Origin: Chrysomallon squamiferum
Taxonomy: Eukaryota > Animalia > Mollusca
Direction of reading: 5' to 3'
Assembly (NCBI GenBank): GCA_012295275.1
Contig: CM022669.1
Span: forward strand, 17,670,001 to 17,734,000
DNA length: 64,000 bases
Below are positions 26,320-40,700 of this stretch, piece after piece; position 1 is the stretch's first letter; every line of letters begins with the position of its first letter. The notes beneath the pieces are model-generated. The model did no database searches. It saw only the letters and a program-made list of their open reading frames with translations, and was not told the DNA's origin. Made by a program: the position numbers and the translations under genes.

Positions 26320-29300
26320 GGCTTCTGACTATGGTTGGGGTGGAAAAGCGTGGAATTGTAACATGTGGCTCTGAAACAAGTTTTTGATGAGAATGCATCA
26401 TTCAGTAGTGTTTAATTTATCAATATGCTTTTCTGGGTTTTTTCTTGTTTTTTTTTTTTTTGTTTGTTTTTTCCTCTTTGTCTTTGTTGTAAAATTGTTG
26501 CTTTAGTTTTTCCTTTTGGATTTCTTGTAAATCTTTATCAGAGACTGTAAATGTATGTTTTAGAGAGTTAATATATAGTCTGATCATTTTTCAAATTAGT
26601 CAGGATTTTTTTTTTTTTCTCCTGTATTAATACACTCCAGTACAAAACAAAAAATGTCATGTTATCCTTTTTGATATAAATGCTTCAGATATATTTACTA
26701 TTTTATTCTTAATTTTTCCACCATGACATTTATTGTTTCAGAAATTAAAATGTTTCATCTTCACTTATCATAATTACTTTTTAAAATATTTTTAAATGTT
26801 ATGTAAAGTTGCATAAACAGCATTATTGTGAAAAAACCCCAAAACAACAACAGATATGGAATTAGATACCTGCTTGATCACAAATCTGTCTTATCATGAA
26901 ACATTCAGAAACTGAGAAATGAAGAGTTTTCTGTTGAAATTACTATGGTTTTGGATTTTAAAGACATTGTGTATTTCAGTTTATTAATTCCAGTTACAAG
27001 ACTTTCCATCATGTTTGGACTTTATTCTGTACAATTTTAAAGACTCTTCTTTACCTATCTGGAATTACAGTGTCATTTTATTTATGACATTGTGAAGACC
27101 GATGTTTGGACTGTGTTACTCAATGTTTAAAAATGTCATGTTTTAATAGTTTTGATTCTGGTTTAAATCTACAAATGAATCGGTTGATATATATGTTCAA
27201 ATAAATAGATTAATTGAGATGTTTCAGACTACTAGTGTAAACCGTAATTTTATTAATGATGTCCTGAAATCAGAAATAATTGTATCTATTGGTTATTTGT
27301 AATATGAACACTAAAAAGGGGAAAAAAACCATATATATAATCAACATTGAATGTGTTTCTTTTTCATGTTTTATTACAAGCATGTCATGTTCTGTCATTC
27401 TTTCATTTTAAGAAAGCAGTTAAGACAAGATAAAGAACAGGGTTGCACCTTTTTTTTTCTCTTTTTTATTTTTTTTAATTTTTTTTTTAGAAATAATATT
27501 TAACAAATATATTTCAAATGTAATTTAAAAAAATTAAAACAATAAAATATTTAGCCGATTATGTTTTCTACATGACCATTTATAACAGAGAAAAGTAAAG
27601 AGAAAAACAAATAAATAATGGTTTAAATGGAGAATGTTATTAAAATTCGTATTTTACTTTTTAGTGTTTGCTTTTTAGTGGACACACTTTGTTAAATATC
27701 CAGTGCTTTACCACCCCTTACTGTAAAATGTACATAAAAAAGCAAATATCAATGTTATGCAACTGCCTGTTTGCTCAGTGTATGATTTTATTTTTCTTCA
27801 TTCTGAAAATGATTCTACCAAATGGTAATGTAAAATATGTAAACAGTTGAAATTTTTCACACATTTCTTTATGAATTTTTAATTTTTAATTTTTTTTTGA
27901 AAAAGTAGAATTTGTTACTGCTACTTTTAAACAAAAATGTAATGTGAGTATTGTAAAATAATATTAAAATTATTTTTGAATACTTTTTGAATGTTACTTT
28001 TCTGAATTCTCATTTTCTTTGTAAGCAGGCAAAAACTTAAATTTTTAAGGGGACGGGTTTTCTAAAAAACAAATAATGAAATAAAAATTTGTTTATTAAT
28101 ATTTTTGACTACAGAATTCTGTAATTTTAAAATGCAACACTTACAGGGAAAAAAAAGAAAAAAGTTATGTAACTGTTACAAGCTAGCTGGAGCATTTGGA
28201 ATAAGTAACTTACAGGCCAGCTCACAGGATACCAAGTAACATAGCCAGTTTGTGATATATCACTGTAGATTTAAAAAATAATAAAAAATTCAACCTTTTC
28301 AATGATGAACTGTTTTGTATCTGGCATGTGGAACTGGTTAGGGAAGTCTGAATGTCATAAATCACTAAGTGCAATTGATGCACTGTCACTTTTTTGTTTG
28401 CTTTTCATACTTTTCTTAATTATTATTTCATTCCTTGACTGTCTGTATGTGTAGTGCAGATAACTTTTTGGTGTTTCATTTGTATAACCTCGATTCTGGG
28501 GTTTTCATTAAATTTTAAAGTAATAATGATAAATTGGATCACATAAATTTGAAGGAAAAAAAAAAATAAGAAAAAACACAACAAAGAAAACAAGAACAAA
28601 ACTAGCCAAAAAAAAACAACAACATAAACAGGATTTATAATTGGACTATACATTTGTTAAATGAATTTTTTGTTTTCTTTTTCTAAAAATTAGGAAAACA
28701 TGCGATTCCATTTTATCATCACTAGAATTCTCCTTGGCTTGTACTTTGATACAGTTTACACTCATTTTGTTATTTTAACCTTTAAAATTGTATACACATT
28801 TATTACTAGCGAGATATTTTATTATTTTCAATTATTACCATAGATTTTTAGACATTTATTAAATTGATTCTTGGTTTTTTTCTAAAGTGAAGTAATAGGA
28901 TTTTGTAAAATTTAGAACATTTACAGCAATAGGTTTTATAAGCCACGATAAAATTAGTTAAGATTTTTTTCACCTATTTTAAATCTTTATAAACTAAATC
29001 GTGTTATTGTTAATAATCAGTATAATTATGAAGTTTTGTGCTTTGCAGAGAAATAGAAAAAGAGATGAGTATATTAATAACATGACCAAGATATTTGAAG
29101 ACTTATATTTAGATACTTTGTGTAGTTTTTATTGAATGGTTTATAATCAATGCTAGCCTTTTGAATTTTGTCCTCAGATCTTGTTGAAGTCTTGTGTTTA
29201 TATAAAAACAGTCTCTCTTTTTCACTGTTTCCCTATTTTCATTCCTTATCAGCCAATCTTTAAAAATAAATTATCAAGATATTAATAATTGTTTTCTCTT

Positions 29301-29799
29301 CTGTAAGCCAACATAGTAAATAGTTAATTATGTTTTTTGTACTGACTTGTAGGCAACTAGTCATACAATTGCTTCAAGGTGCTTCAGTGTTTCTTCAATT
29401 ATTAACTAACACATTTTATTGTTATTTTTTTTTTGGTTATTATTTTAAACAGGCAAATTAAGATGAAGCCTTAGTCTGATAATGTTACATTATACCAGAA
29501 TAAAATCATGTTTAAATTAGCTGGTTTTATTTTTATGGTTGTAATGTAGTCTACCATAATTAGTATTATTTTTGAGAAGAAAACAAATTCTGTTTATAAT
29601 TTTGTTGTTTAAATGCAAATGTATTTGTTCACTTTTTAAAATATTTTATGTATACATTTGTTTCCTTTTTGATTTTTATTTGTTGTTTGTAGCCATTTAT
29701 ATATATACGTTTTCTCTCTTTTATAAGTAATACTAGTATCTTTTTACCTTATACTTTTGTTTTGTAGAGTTGTCTACCATTCACACAGAAAATTACATC

Positions 29800-29837
<38 letters not shown>

Positions 29838-30469
29838 ACAAAAATTGCATCATTTTGGTTTTGATTTAGAGTTATCTATCTTCAACACAGTATATAATTA
29901 ATAACTAGACATAAAATACAGGTGTTTAATAAAATCCAGAAAAACTGTAAAGCCCGATTACTGTTTGGGGTAACATTTTCACTGAATTATATAATTAACA
30001 ATTGTTTTTGTTGTTTTTTTAGGTTTTATATTACTACAACATTTAGAATTTACTTCTGACAAGTTACATACTGCCTAGACATATTAGCAAGACCTTTTAA
30101 CAAAAAAAGAAGTAATTAAAAAATGATTAGTTTTTTCTTTAAAATAAAAATAAAATCTTTACATAGTTATTTACAAATTTTAGTGCAATTTTAATATCAG
30201 CTCTTTCACCATTGTGCTTTTGTAAAGTGTTAATATATTTATGCTTCCATCCATTAGCCTGTACATACATGTAAATTTCTCTTCAACAGTTCTTTACGAT
30301 TCTTTTCTCCCTTTGTGTAAATGCTGTAGATTTTTTTTTTTTTTTTTTTTGTCTTTTTTCAGTGTGGATTAAATGTGTTACTTCACTGTTGTTTACATTG
30401 TGGATCTGTACAGCCTATTTTCAGTGTTGTAATTCTGCATCAATGTCTTAATATTTGTCAAGCCAGATT

Positions 30470-30523
30470 ATTAAATGCTACCAAAATTATACTGTGTTGG
30501 TCTTTATTTTTGTGTGTGTGTGT
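30470..30523 (+). terminator. Candidate distal poly(A) signal of MAP1/Futsch (ATTAAA followed by a GT-rich downstream element)
   Basis: ATTAAA 30470-30475, then ctgtgttggtctttatttttgtgtgtgtg; strand composition switches from T/G-rich to A/C-rich just downstream. Confidence 0.45.
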
Positions 30524-30615
30524 GGAGAGGGAGAGGGAGAGACAGAGACACTCTCTCGTTGGATTTTGGTTTTGTGAAAATTTTCTTCCACCAATAATTG
30601 CTTGAATTATGTGTG

Positions 30616-30699
30616 AAGAAAAAAACAAAAACAAAATGTTTTAAATTTTTTTATTTACCGACACGTGGAAATATTTATACTGTAGCTCTGTATTTTATT
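30616..30699 (-). terminator. Candidate poly(A) signals of UBAP2/lingerer
   Basis: AATAAA on minus at 30650-30655 and 30694-30699, with a U-rich tract downstream (30616-30636). Confidence 0.45.
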
Positions 30700-31621
30700 T
30701 TTTTTAAAAAAAGCAAACCTGTCAACAAAAATAATATATAATACAAGACACAATACACAAAAGTTGGCAATGCCAATAATCTAAGACTAACTTTCTACAT
30801 CAAGAAAAATGTTAGATATAAAGACATTTACACACCATTGAACTGATGGTTAAGTGTTAAAATGAGCTGATAATTTCAATTCATACGTGATCACTTTTAA
30901 CTATCTCAGATTTATCTACAGGATTATTAAACAAGCATAAAGTAATCTATATATATCTTTTCTCACACACGCTCTTCTTTAAAAATTATTTTACAATATA
31001 TTTACCAAACATTTCAATTTCTTTCTTTTTTTTAAATTAACAATGGCTCTGTATGAAAAGAAAACTTTGGAGGTCACAATGTCTTGACCATGCCCTTTTA
31101 TTATCAGTTTTTTTTTTTTTTTTGTAGCCAAAAATACCATCTGCAGTTCTGATACTTCTTCTTGCTGACAGATAATATTAAGGCACCATAAAAAATTTCT
31201 GCTTGACATAAGGTAAAAAGTCACAGAAATTTCTTCATGCCTTTTGATCCGCATTCACAAAACCTTTAATTAGCACATAGAAATACACATCATAAGTTAA
31301 AAAATATAAATGGAGCAAATACAACTGTACAGACACAACACACACACAATAGTTGTCCCAATACTTTTTGTTTGTTAAACACTGTTCAAAGAAACAATAA
31401 CAGATTTTGGTGATGTTTTTTTTTTTTTTTTTTTTTTTATACAAGTGCTTCACACATAATAAACTGTCCTTAAAGGCAAAAGAAGAACAAAATAATAAAA
31501 ATAGTAATTAAAATAAATGTGTGGTACCATGATTTCAAGCAATTACAGCTTACAGCATTCAAATTGTCAAAAAGTCCAATCAACAAAATGATTCAAGGAA
31601 TTGTTGAATCATTTAATTAAA

Positions 31622-31656
<35 letters not shown>

Positions 31657-31887
31657 ATCTTTTTTTATGTTTTTTTTTTAAAAAAGGAAAAGAATAAAAC
31701 TGTTGTATGCACGTGCTACAGCAGGCGTGTTTATTGGGGCAAATATGGTGAGAAATTACAATGTGCCTACATAACACTGGGCTACAACATCACTATATTG
31801 GACACAGCAGTTAAATCCATAGACAGATATAAGAGTTAGTTAGTTTTCCATTGTACAGGGCCTTCGAGGAGTGCAGGCAGAACCAGT

Positions 31888-31983
31888 TCAGCTGGACCAT
31901 CCATAGGAAGGGTACGCCTTGGAAGCAACCTTTGCCTGTGATGTGGCCTGCTGCGACACTCTGGACGAAGCACCAGTCGAGTC
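31888..31983 (-). CDS. UBAP2L: UBAP2L coding exon 24 (stop)
   Basis: DSTGASSRVSQQATSQAKVASKAYPSYGWSS*. Confidence 0.88.
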   Translation of the reverse strand, partial: DSTGASSRVSQQATSQAKVASKAYPSYGWSS

Positions 31984-34900
31984 CTACATGAGCAGATAAG
32001 AGCTTTTATTATCTCACTACTCATGCACTAACTAAGCTGTTAAAAACATCCCACTACACAACAAATACAATATCAAATATACACACACGCACAGACATTA
32101 TTCACTCAGTCTTTCACAGACATTCTTTCTCTTACAAATTTCTTCAGGGTAGAGACATACACAAACACACACACACACACACACACATATGCACATCATT
32201 AGACGCAAGTGCACATCTCAGACATTGACACTTATTAAAATGACTTTCAAATAACTAAAAATATTTTTATTTTTTTTATTATCTTTTTTTTATTAATAAC
32301 CTAAATCTGATAAATCGACAATAAAGTGTGAATGCATTAAAAATAAATTGTAAATTCTGTTATCTTCGGATCAGTTTAAAAATATTACAAATCACACCTG
32401 TTGCAGGGCATGGTGTATCATCTGAGAATGAGGCTGATGAGGCATCATGGGAACAAACGGCGCCCCAAATGTCGCAGCTCCCATCGCACCAGCTTGAGTT
32501 GCAGTTGCAATCGGCAGATTAAACGGTGGCGGTGTTCCAGCATGGAATGCTTGCTTGTCAAAAGGCTGTAGGTGGAGGGAAAAAAACGAAAATCAAATAA
32601 AGCTCTTTTCACATTTCCAAATTTGATTTAAAATATTTAATATTAATATCTTCTTTTGGTCTTGCCATACACTGGTGATAAATCCATTACAGTGTATCAA
32701 AAAAAAAAAAAAAAAAAGATAAAATGAGAATTTCTTTCTCTCCTAATAACTTGAAATCAACAAACATTGTTTTGCACAAGCAATTTAAAATTAAGTGATA
32801 AACGGATCTTCTGAAAATATTAAACAACAGGTGGAATTTTATTTTTAAATTTTGTGCCAATCATTAAGCTTGTAAAACAGTTTTCAAATAAGAACGGCTT
32901 CAATTCACGATATTGTTACCTGTGCATGTGACTTGCCATATGTTCCAGCCAAATCTGCTGTTGTTGCACTCCCTGTAAAGAACAGATTATAATTTTTATT
33001 TTGTACATTTGTAGAATTAGGAATCAAAACAAACAAAAAGATTTCTGAAAAGTAATAACATTTCTTTATTTTTCAACAGAAAGTATCTGCCAGGCAAGAA
33101 ATTAACTACACATACTTGATCCTGCTGATGCCTTGCTCTGGCTTCCTGAAATGCCATAGGGTGATTTTGAAAAGTCAGGTGTCTGTGTCAAATCTTCATA
33201 ACCTATTATAAAAACAGAAACCAAAAATTAGTGAATAATCTTCTGAAATTTATCAAATGTTATAAATAATAAATATTTAAAAAAATGGCTAATGAAATTG
33301 CATAAATTTTTGTTTTTTTTCATTTCTACAATTATTTGATACATTTAAAACCATAAAAAGTAGTTAAATTAAACTACTGAAAATACCAATTAAACATTAA
33401 TTCATTTTGCATAAAAGATTAAATTATTTTATTCTGTGCTGCAAAAATTAAAACTTTCTACAATTATTTGATGTATTTAAAACTATTATAAGTACTTAAA
33501 TTTTGAAAGTACCCATTTAATATTAATTCATTTTGCCCAACAGATTAAATCATTTAAAAAAAATAAAAAATAAAACACAAGCATATAACACATTTGAAAA
33601 CAATTAAATGCAAATTAATAATGAATTTTAAAATCACCTTTGGCTGTGTTGTACCCATGCGAAGGGTAAGTTTTCTGAAACTGTGTTGTTGCAGTGGTTC
33701 CTCCATGAGGAGCATTTGTCACTGGTGGCATCTGAACAAGTTAAAAAGCAAATATGTTAGTGTTTTAGTACAGGGTTTAAAACTTTAATTATGCTTTGAA
33801 TAACCATACACAAATGCAATCAAAAAGTATGTAACTCAAACATTAATAACATAAAATAAAAATAAAAATTGCATTGTTAGTTATTCTTAAATATAAAAAA
33901 TAATAATAACAATAAAGGAAAGAAAAAAACCTTTAAAACTAATGCTGCAATTTGTTATGCTTCATTTCACATTTTAAAACTGAAGCCATTTTGACAACAA
34001 TCCTAATAAATTTGCCAAAAAAAACATAAAAAATAAAATCCATTTCAAAATAATAATTTAAAACAAATTGTTAACCAAACCTTAAAAAAATCCTATATAA
34101 CAGATTTTCTTTCCCAGTCAGTTATCAGCTACGTTTACTTACAGGGAACATTTGTGGATACTGGAAGCCAGGGGCTGCACCAGGTAACATAGAGGGGTAG
34201 TAGTAGCCGTAGTGTAGATTTATGTACGGCTGCTGCTGTCCTGAATGGGTTGACTGCTGCTGTGAGGTTGGGTTTGGAGACTGAGCCTCCACACGATTCA
34301 ACTTACTGCTGTCTGTTGTACCAACTACCAAACAAAACAAAACAGATACCATTTTACATGCGAACAAAACCAAAACATGGGACTTGCACAGAAATGAAAG
34401 AAATGATTACAGTTTATCAACTAACAAATCAAATAAACACACCATTTTACATGTGAACAAAAAAAAAATATTTATTTTTTATTTTTTTTATGGGAGACTT
34501 ACAAAGAAATGAAAGGAATAATTACAGTTTATTATGGTATGACTCATTTACAGTTTGATCAATTTTTTTTATAATTAAAGGATGTTTTAGTTCAGAACTA
34601 AATAATGAAATGAGAGTGTTTGTTTCTTATCTATACATCTTTACTGGAATAACTGAATATGTCAGTAAGACGTGAACTGAAAAAAAAAAAAATCATTAAA
34701 ATTACAGAAAAAAAAGCACATTTTTCTGAATCCATTACCGTTTTACTCTTTACTGAAAAAAGTAAGCAAAATTAAATAATGCCTATATACCTGAATAAGG
34801 AACACTGGCTAGGGTTGCTTGGTCTCTTCCTGCTATTGTTGAAGGCACTGGAAATGCAGTCATGTCATAATAGCTGCTTGCCTGAAAGAAAGAAGGGAAT

Positions 34901-35803
34901 ACAAGTCAAAATAATCATGTAGTAGAGATGAGTTGAACATTTCAAAAAATTCTTTGTTACAAAAAATAATGAAATGGTTTCTCATCTTTTAAAAATATCA
35001 TAGTAAAATTATACAATTCAATTCAACTTATGAAAAAAAAAACGTGGATGCAGTTATTCGTTTTAGTTATTTTCACACTTTGAATAACAATAAAATTATT
35101 CTGGTTAGATCATCCTTACCAGTGGTGGCATTCTCTGCTGCTGCAACAACATGTCTTCATAACTATACAGCGGTTGCTGTAAATTCTGAAAATAAAATTT
35201 TATACTGATAAAACATAATTGACTGGGTTAGTTTTAATCAGCTTATGAATACAAAACAGAAATAAAAGCACATGTAATGATGCTTGCATTTAAAATGATG
35301 ACTGCAACAATAAACATGGCTTCATAGTTAGATTTTTAAACAAAAATGAACGGAATACAATACAACTTCAAAGAACAGAAAAATGACACAAAAAATTTAA
35401 AACACTGCCTATTTGTTGTTTTATGCAGGCATTGCAATGTATTACTGCTAAGGATGTAGTGAATACTTAGCATCAAATATACTTACTTTCTTCTTAGACA
35501 TATTAGACACATGCATTAAACATTTTACTTACACTTGGATTACTAACATAAAATGGAGGCATCGATCCCTGGTTCATTATGTACTGGTGAGTTCCAATGA
35601 CAGGAACGCCTGGAGGCAGATTGGGAGGAGCTTTTGCTGAAAATAATTTAAATACAGCTTAATTAATAAAACAATGAATGAGGTTAATGCAGTGTATCTT
35701 TAGAAAATGTGGTATCTATTAAATATGTACATTTACAGTCCTATTAGAATTATTACTTTATATCAGAAGCTGATGATGATGATGATGATGATTATTATTG
35801 TTA

Positions 35804-35870
<67 letters not shown>

Positions 35871-37695
35871 AATTTGTAGATAAAAAAATTTTAAATAATT
35901 TAAATTTCAAACTGTCCTTTTTTCATTTTATTTGAACTTGTTTAAACTGGACCAAAATAACTGGTGTAAAAAATATGTCTAAACCATACTATTCCAACCT
36001 GTTTGATTATCCTTGTAAAAGATTTTTAAAAATAGAATATAATCATAGTTATATTAAATTTTTACTTGTTGTGGGCAAAGATGATCTTGAGGTGCTAGAC
36101 AGAACTGAGGTGACTGATGAGGATACCGTTGTTGTTCCTGTTGATAAGGAGGATGTAGCTGTAGTTGTTGTTAAACTGGTTGATGTTGAAGATGATGTAG
36201 AGTGATCAAACTGTAATAAACAAATCATAAAATAAATTGCAAGAAAACTAAAACTAAATATATTAATAAAAACAATTAAAAAAAATATATTAAAAAGACC
36301 TCTCAAAACTGATGTAAAATCTATTCAAATGAGAAGTGAAAAATTAAAATTAAAAGGAAAATCCCATTTAAAACAAAATTTTAAAAAGCTTCTAATATTA
36401 AATTTTGTCTTCTTAGTTTTTACTTCAATAAGGTATATATTTAAACAAATTGCTCATTTAATTATTTTTAATTTTTATACAATTTCAGTTTTAACAACAT
36501 TACATGTAAAACAGCATTCTTAATCTCATTATATAATTTAATACCATTTTTGCTGTTCTATACATTTCTCAAATACATTTTGTTACTGTACAAGTGATAT
36601 TAACATATGTAAGGGTGTCTTTTCACAAAGCTGCCTGTAAAATAAGCCACAATAGCACAGCATTTTATTATTATTATAAATATAATAATATTATTTATTT
36701 TTTGGCAATGTTGACTGCAAAAGTCAGACAGCTGCCAGAAAACTATAAACTATAAATTAAATTCACATCATGATAACAAACACAAACAACACTCCACTGC
36801 TTATATCTGTAAAGAAATGTAGGATATGTTTCAATATTTACTTCTGAAACAACTGGCATTTCATTATTTGGAACAACTAGTGGTAGAAATAAAAAAGATT
36901 CTTATTATTCAGGTGTTCTCACTTTATGATTTAATTACATACTAACCACATAGTGATTAATGATTAATCAGAATTTTTTAAACTGCTTCTAACATTCTAT
37001 TTCATGAAGTTAGTATAATGGGTGAAATGACATAGGGTCATTCCATGTCAAATCACCCAAAAAAAGAAGAAATTTAAACCCAACCATCTCAGATTTTTAT
37101 AAAACTTGGTAAACTTGTTGACTGGGATCCCACAGCACCAAATCTGATCAGTGGTGTGGGAGATATGGCCCACCGAATTTTGAGATTTTTGACAAAAATG
37201 GGCGTGACCACCAACCTTTGAACTCATATCTCAGGAACTACTGGGCCAATCTTCATAAAATTGGTATTGTTGAAAAGGCAATATGACAAGGATTTCCCTT
37301 GTTTCTTATCACAGAGGGATAGAATCACTTTCTCTTCTTCACCACACAGCTTTTATTCATAAGGTAATTCGTAGTTTTAAATTAATTCATTGTCCTTTCA
37401 ATGGTAAAGGGTGACAAAGTCAAGATTTGCACACACTCTGGGTAGGATTCAGACTTCTTGAATTTCTCTTTCCTCCAACATGTTCCTGAACTTGTACAGC
37501 ATCATTCAGAAGATGAAGCTGACATTTATTTTATAAATTAACTATCTCTGTTGTTCGATTGATCTTTCTCTTTCTATATGCACCTGACTATGTAAATGAG
37601 TACATCTTTCAAATTTTTTTATTTTATTTTATAATTATTGCTATTGTTATTGCTGTTATTATTAGTTTTGTTATTATTATTGTTGTATTTTGTTG

Positions 37696-37748
<53 letters not shown>

Positions 37749-40700
37749 GCTAAAATTATACACCTATCCTATAAATTTAACTCTCCAACTCTCTCAGATA
37801 TTTCTACAACTTTCTAACAATAAATAACAATTATCTATCAATTAACCAAGATCAACAGAGTAATTCTCTTATAAAACCTTAAAAAATTATGTTGCAATTT
37901 GAATAAAATAAAAATAAACACAAACAGTAATAAGAAAATCAAATATAATGAAAGAATAATTCCTGTTAAAGCTTAAAGATCTAAGAAAAACAGATTTCAA
38001 TATTTCTGGTCCATTTAATTAAGCAATGGCTTAGTTTGATTTAGACAATAATAATTAACAGGGATTTAAAAACAAGAAAATTAATAAGCAATTGATAAGA
38101 AACAAGGGAAAGTTCTGTCAAATGAATTGAAGGAGGAAATAGTCCAATTTTATGAAAGTGACGAGAAAAGTAGAATATGTCCGGGAATGAAGGATACAGT
38201 GAGCATTTGAAACAGATGGTGAGAAGGTTAAGCATCAGAAACACCTAGTTCTCTCAAATTTATGTGAACTTTATGCATACATGTAGGCCTACAATGTCTT
38301 ACTCAATGATCAAGAAAAATGGTGATTCCTAGCATCCAGAACTGATCCTTCAGGTTTTAGTTAATCAGATGTTAATGTATGTGCATTTTTTAAATCTATA
38401 TTGTGGCTAAACAAAAAATATTACACCCAGGAAACTTTTATATGTTTTAGTTAACATGTGGGAGATTAAATTTCAATAAAGGTCATCTCAAGGTCACGTG
38501 ATCCATGCGGTCAATTTCAAGGTCATAGCAAAGGTCAAAAGGTAAATGTACCCCAATATTTTCCAAACTGAACAGATTTGGAATCCTTGTCATATTGCCT
38601 TTTCAACAATACCAATTTTATGAAGATTGGCCCAGTAGTTCCTGAGATATGAGGATTCAAAGGTTGGTGGTTACGCCCATTTTTGCCAACAATCTCAAAA
38701 TTCGATGAGCATTATCTCCCACACCACTGGTCTGATTGGGCTAATATTTCAGATTTGGAGCTGTGGGATCCCAGTCAACAAGTATACCAAGTTTTATAAA
38801 AATCTGAGATGGTCGGGTTTAACCCATTGGGTGATTTGACACGGAATGACCCCATATTATATATCTGTGAAATGTGTTGTTAAAAGTATTTAAAGACTTG
38901 AGACATATTTTTACAATTTAATAATATTAAAAAAAAAAATATTCTCACAAACTCCCCCCCCACAAAACAATCCATTATAACTAGGTAACAAACTGAATAG
39001 TTTTTATGTACATTTTCATTTAGAAAACAAATATGTGTGTGTGTGTCTCTGTCAGTCAGAATACATAAGCTATCAATGATAAAAATAATGTTAATAATTT
39101 TTTTTAACTAAAGTTAATAAATCAAGGAAAAAATTCAGATTAATTTCCTCATTCACGCAGATCTTAATAATGATAAGTTAATCAACAAATGTGTACCTGT
39201 GTCGTTTGACTGTCTGGAATGGAATCCTTCAATGTCATCTTTGACAGACTGTCACTTATCTTGTTAGCCGTGAGAGGCGAGGCCTGTAAATTTGACTGAT
39301 GTCCAGAAGAAGCAAACGTCTGCGAACTGAAACCTGTCTGACTCTGTGCTCCGGCAGCAGACTGAGTTGACAAGCTCGACTCTTGATACGAGGATGAACT
39401 TGGCTGATTCGAGTAAGATCCTGAAGACTGATTTGAAAACGAGCCACTTGTCTGGCTGGGGTAAGACGACGCACTACCAGACTGGTTCGAGTACGAGGCA
39501 GCAGACTGATTTGGGTAAGCACTAGACGACTGGTTGGAAAACGGTGTGCCATTTGACTGGTGACCGTATGAAGAAGAGTTTGCTTGTGATGGAAACGATG
39601 GATTTGTTGGATTTTGGAACGATGAAGAACTCGTCTGACTGGAGAAAGAAGAAGCAGAAGCAGACTGTCCTGTACTTGACGGCCGCTGTGACGACGACTG
39701 AGAGTCTCTCACAAAACTGGAACCAGTCTGACTTTGGTATGTACTCGTTGGTGTTGACGACTGATAAAGTGTATTTGGATTTGTTTGGCTGCTAGTGTAA
39801 CTTGATTGGCTTTGGAATGATGGACCCGATGGGCCATAATTTTGATACTGATTCGAACCAGAAGGGAACTGGCTCTGACCGGTCTGAAATTGGCTCTGTC
39901 CACTCTGATACTGATTCTGACTAGTCTGATATTGACTTGGAAACGAGCTCTGTTGCAAGTGTGTGCTTGTTGTGTGGGTGTATGACTGTGACACAGGAAG
40001 TCCACTTGGTTTATGACTCTGAAATGTTCCTGTTGACGGATAGCTTCCAGATGACTGTCCAAAAGAACTTAAACTAGAAGTTTCAGAGGTGGTTGAGGAC
40101 AATGACACTGAAAAATAAAATAAAATTATCCTGTGTTAAAATAAATATAAGCATTTAGAAAATGTATTATTTTCGTATATTTCCTGTTTTGTTCAAGGAT
40201 AATGCATATAAAATTTACAAATAATTTTTAAAGAAGAATGATTCTCAAATACCAATAAAACTACGTCCCAGAATGATCCATTTAGTTTTTTTCTTTTCTG
40301 GAGCTTTTTTTTACCATTTTCTAACCATCATCAAATTTAAAAAAGAAAGAACAAAAAAAGTACAATTACAATTACATTCCTTCTCATTGTGTAATACAAA
40401 CAGACTGAGGGACAGAATAATTACATATCTGTTTATTTATTACAGGTAACTCGATTCAATTATTAGATGTCTACTAACCCTGAGATAAGGCAGCACCTGT
40501 TTGGGGTCCCACCAGCGGACTGGATTTCCTGTCAGACTGTGATGGAGGGAATGGGATTGGATCAGCTTGTGCCAGCTGCAACATAACAATATTTACATTA
40601 AACAGTTCTATAAAAATATGACAATCCTTTAATCACCTTACATTTCACAAGCTCTAAGTAATGTGTGAAAAGCAGCATCATTATTTTGTTCATTTGCTTT

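Noticed and set aside
31836-31890. Stop-codon readthrough of UBAP2L (TGA) or Futsch (TAA)
   Set aside because: Contexts (TGA-ACT, TAA-ATG) are not readthrough-favouring and no SECIS-like or other supporting structure was seen
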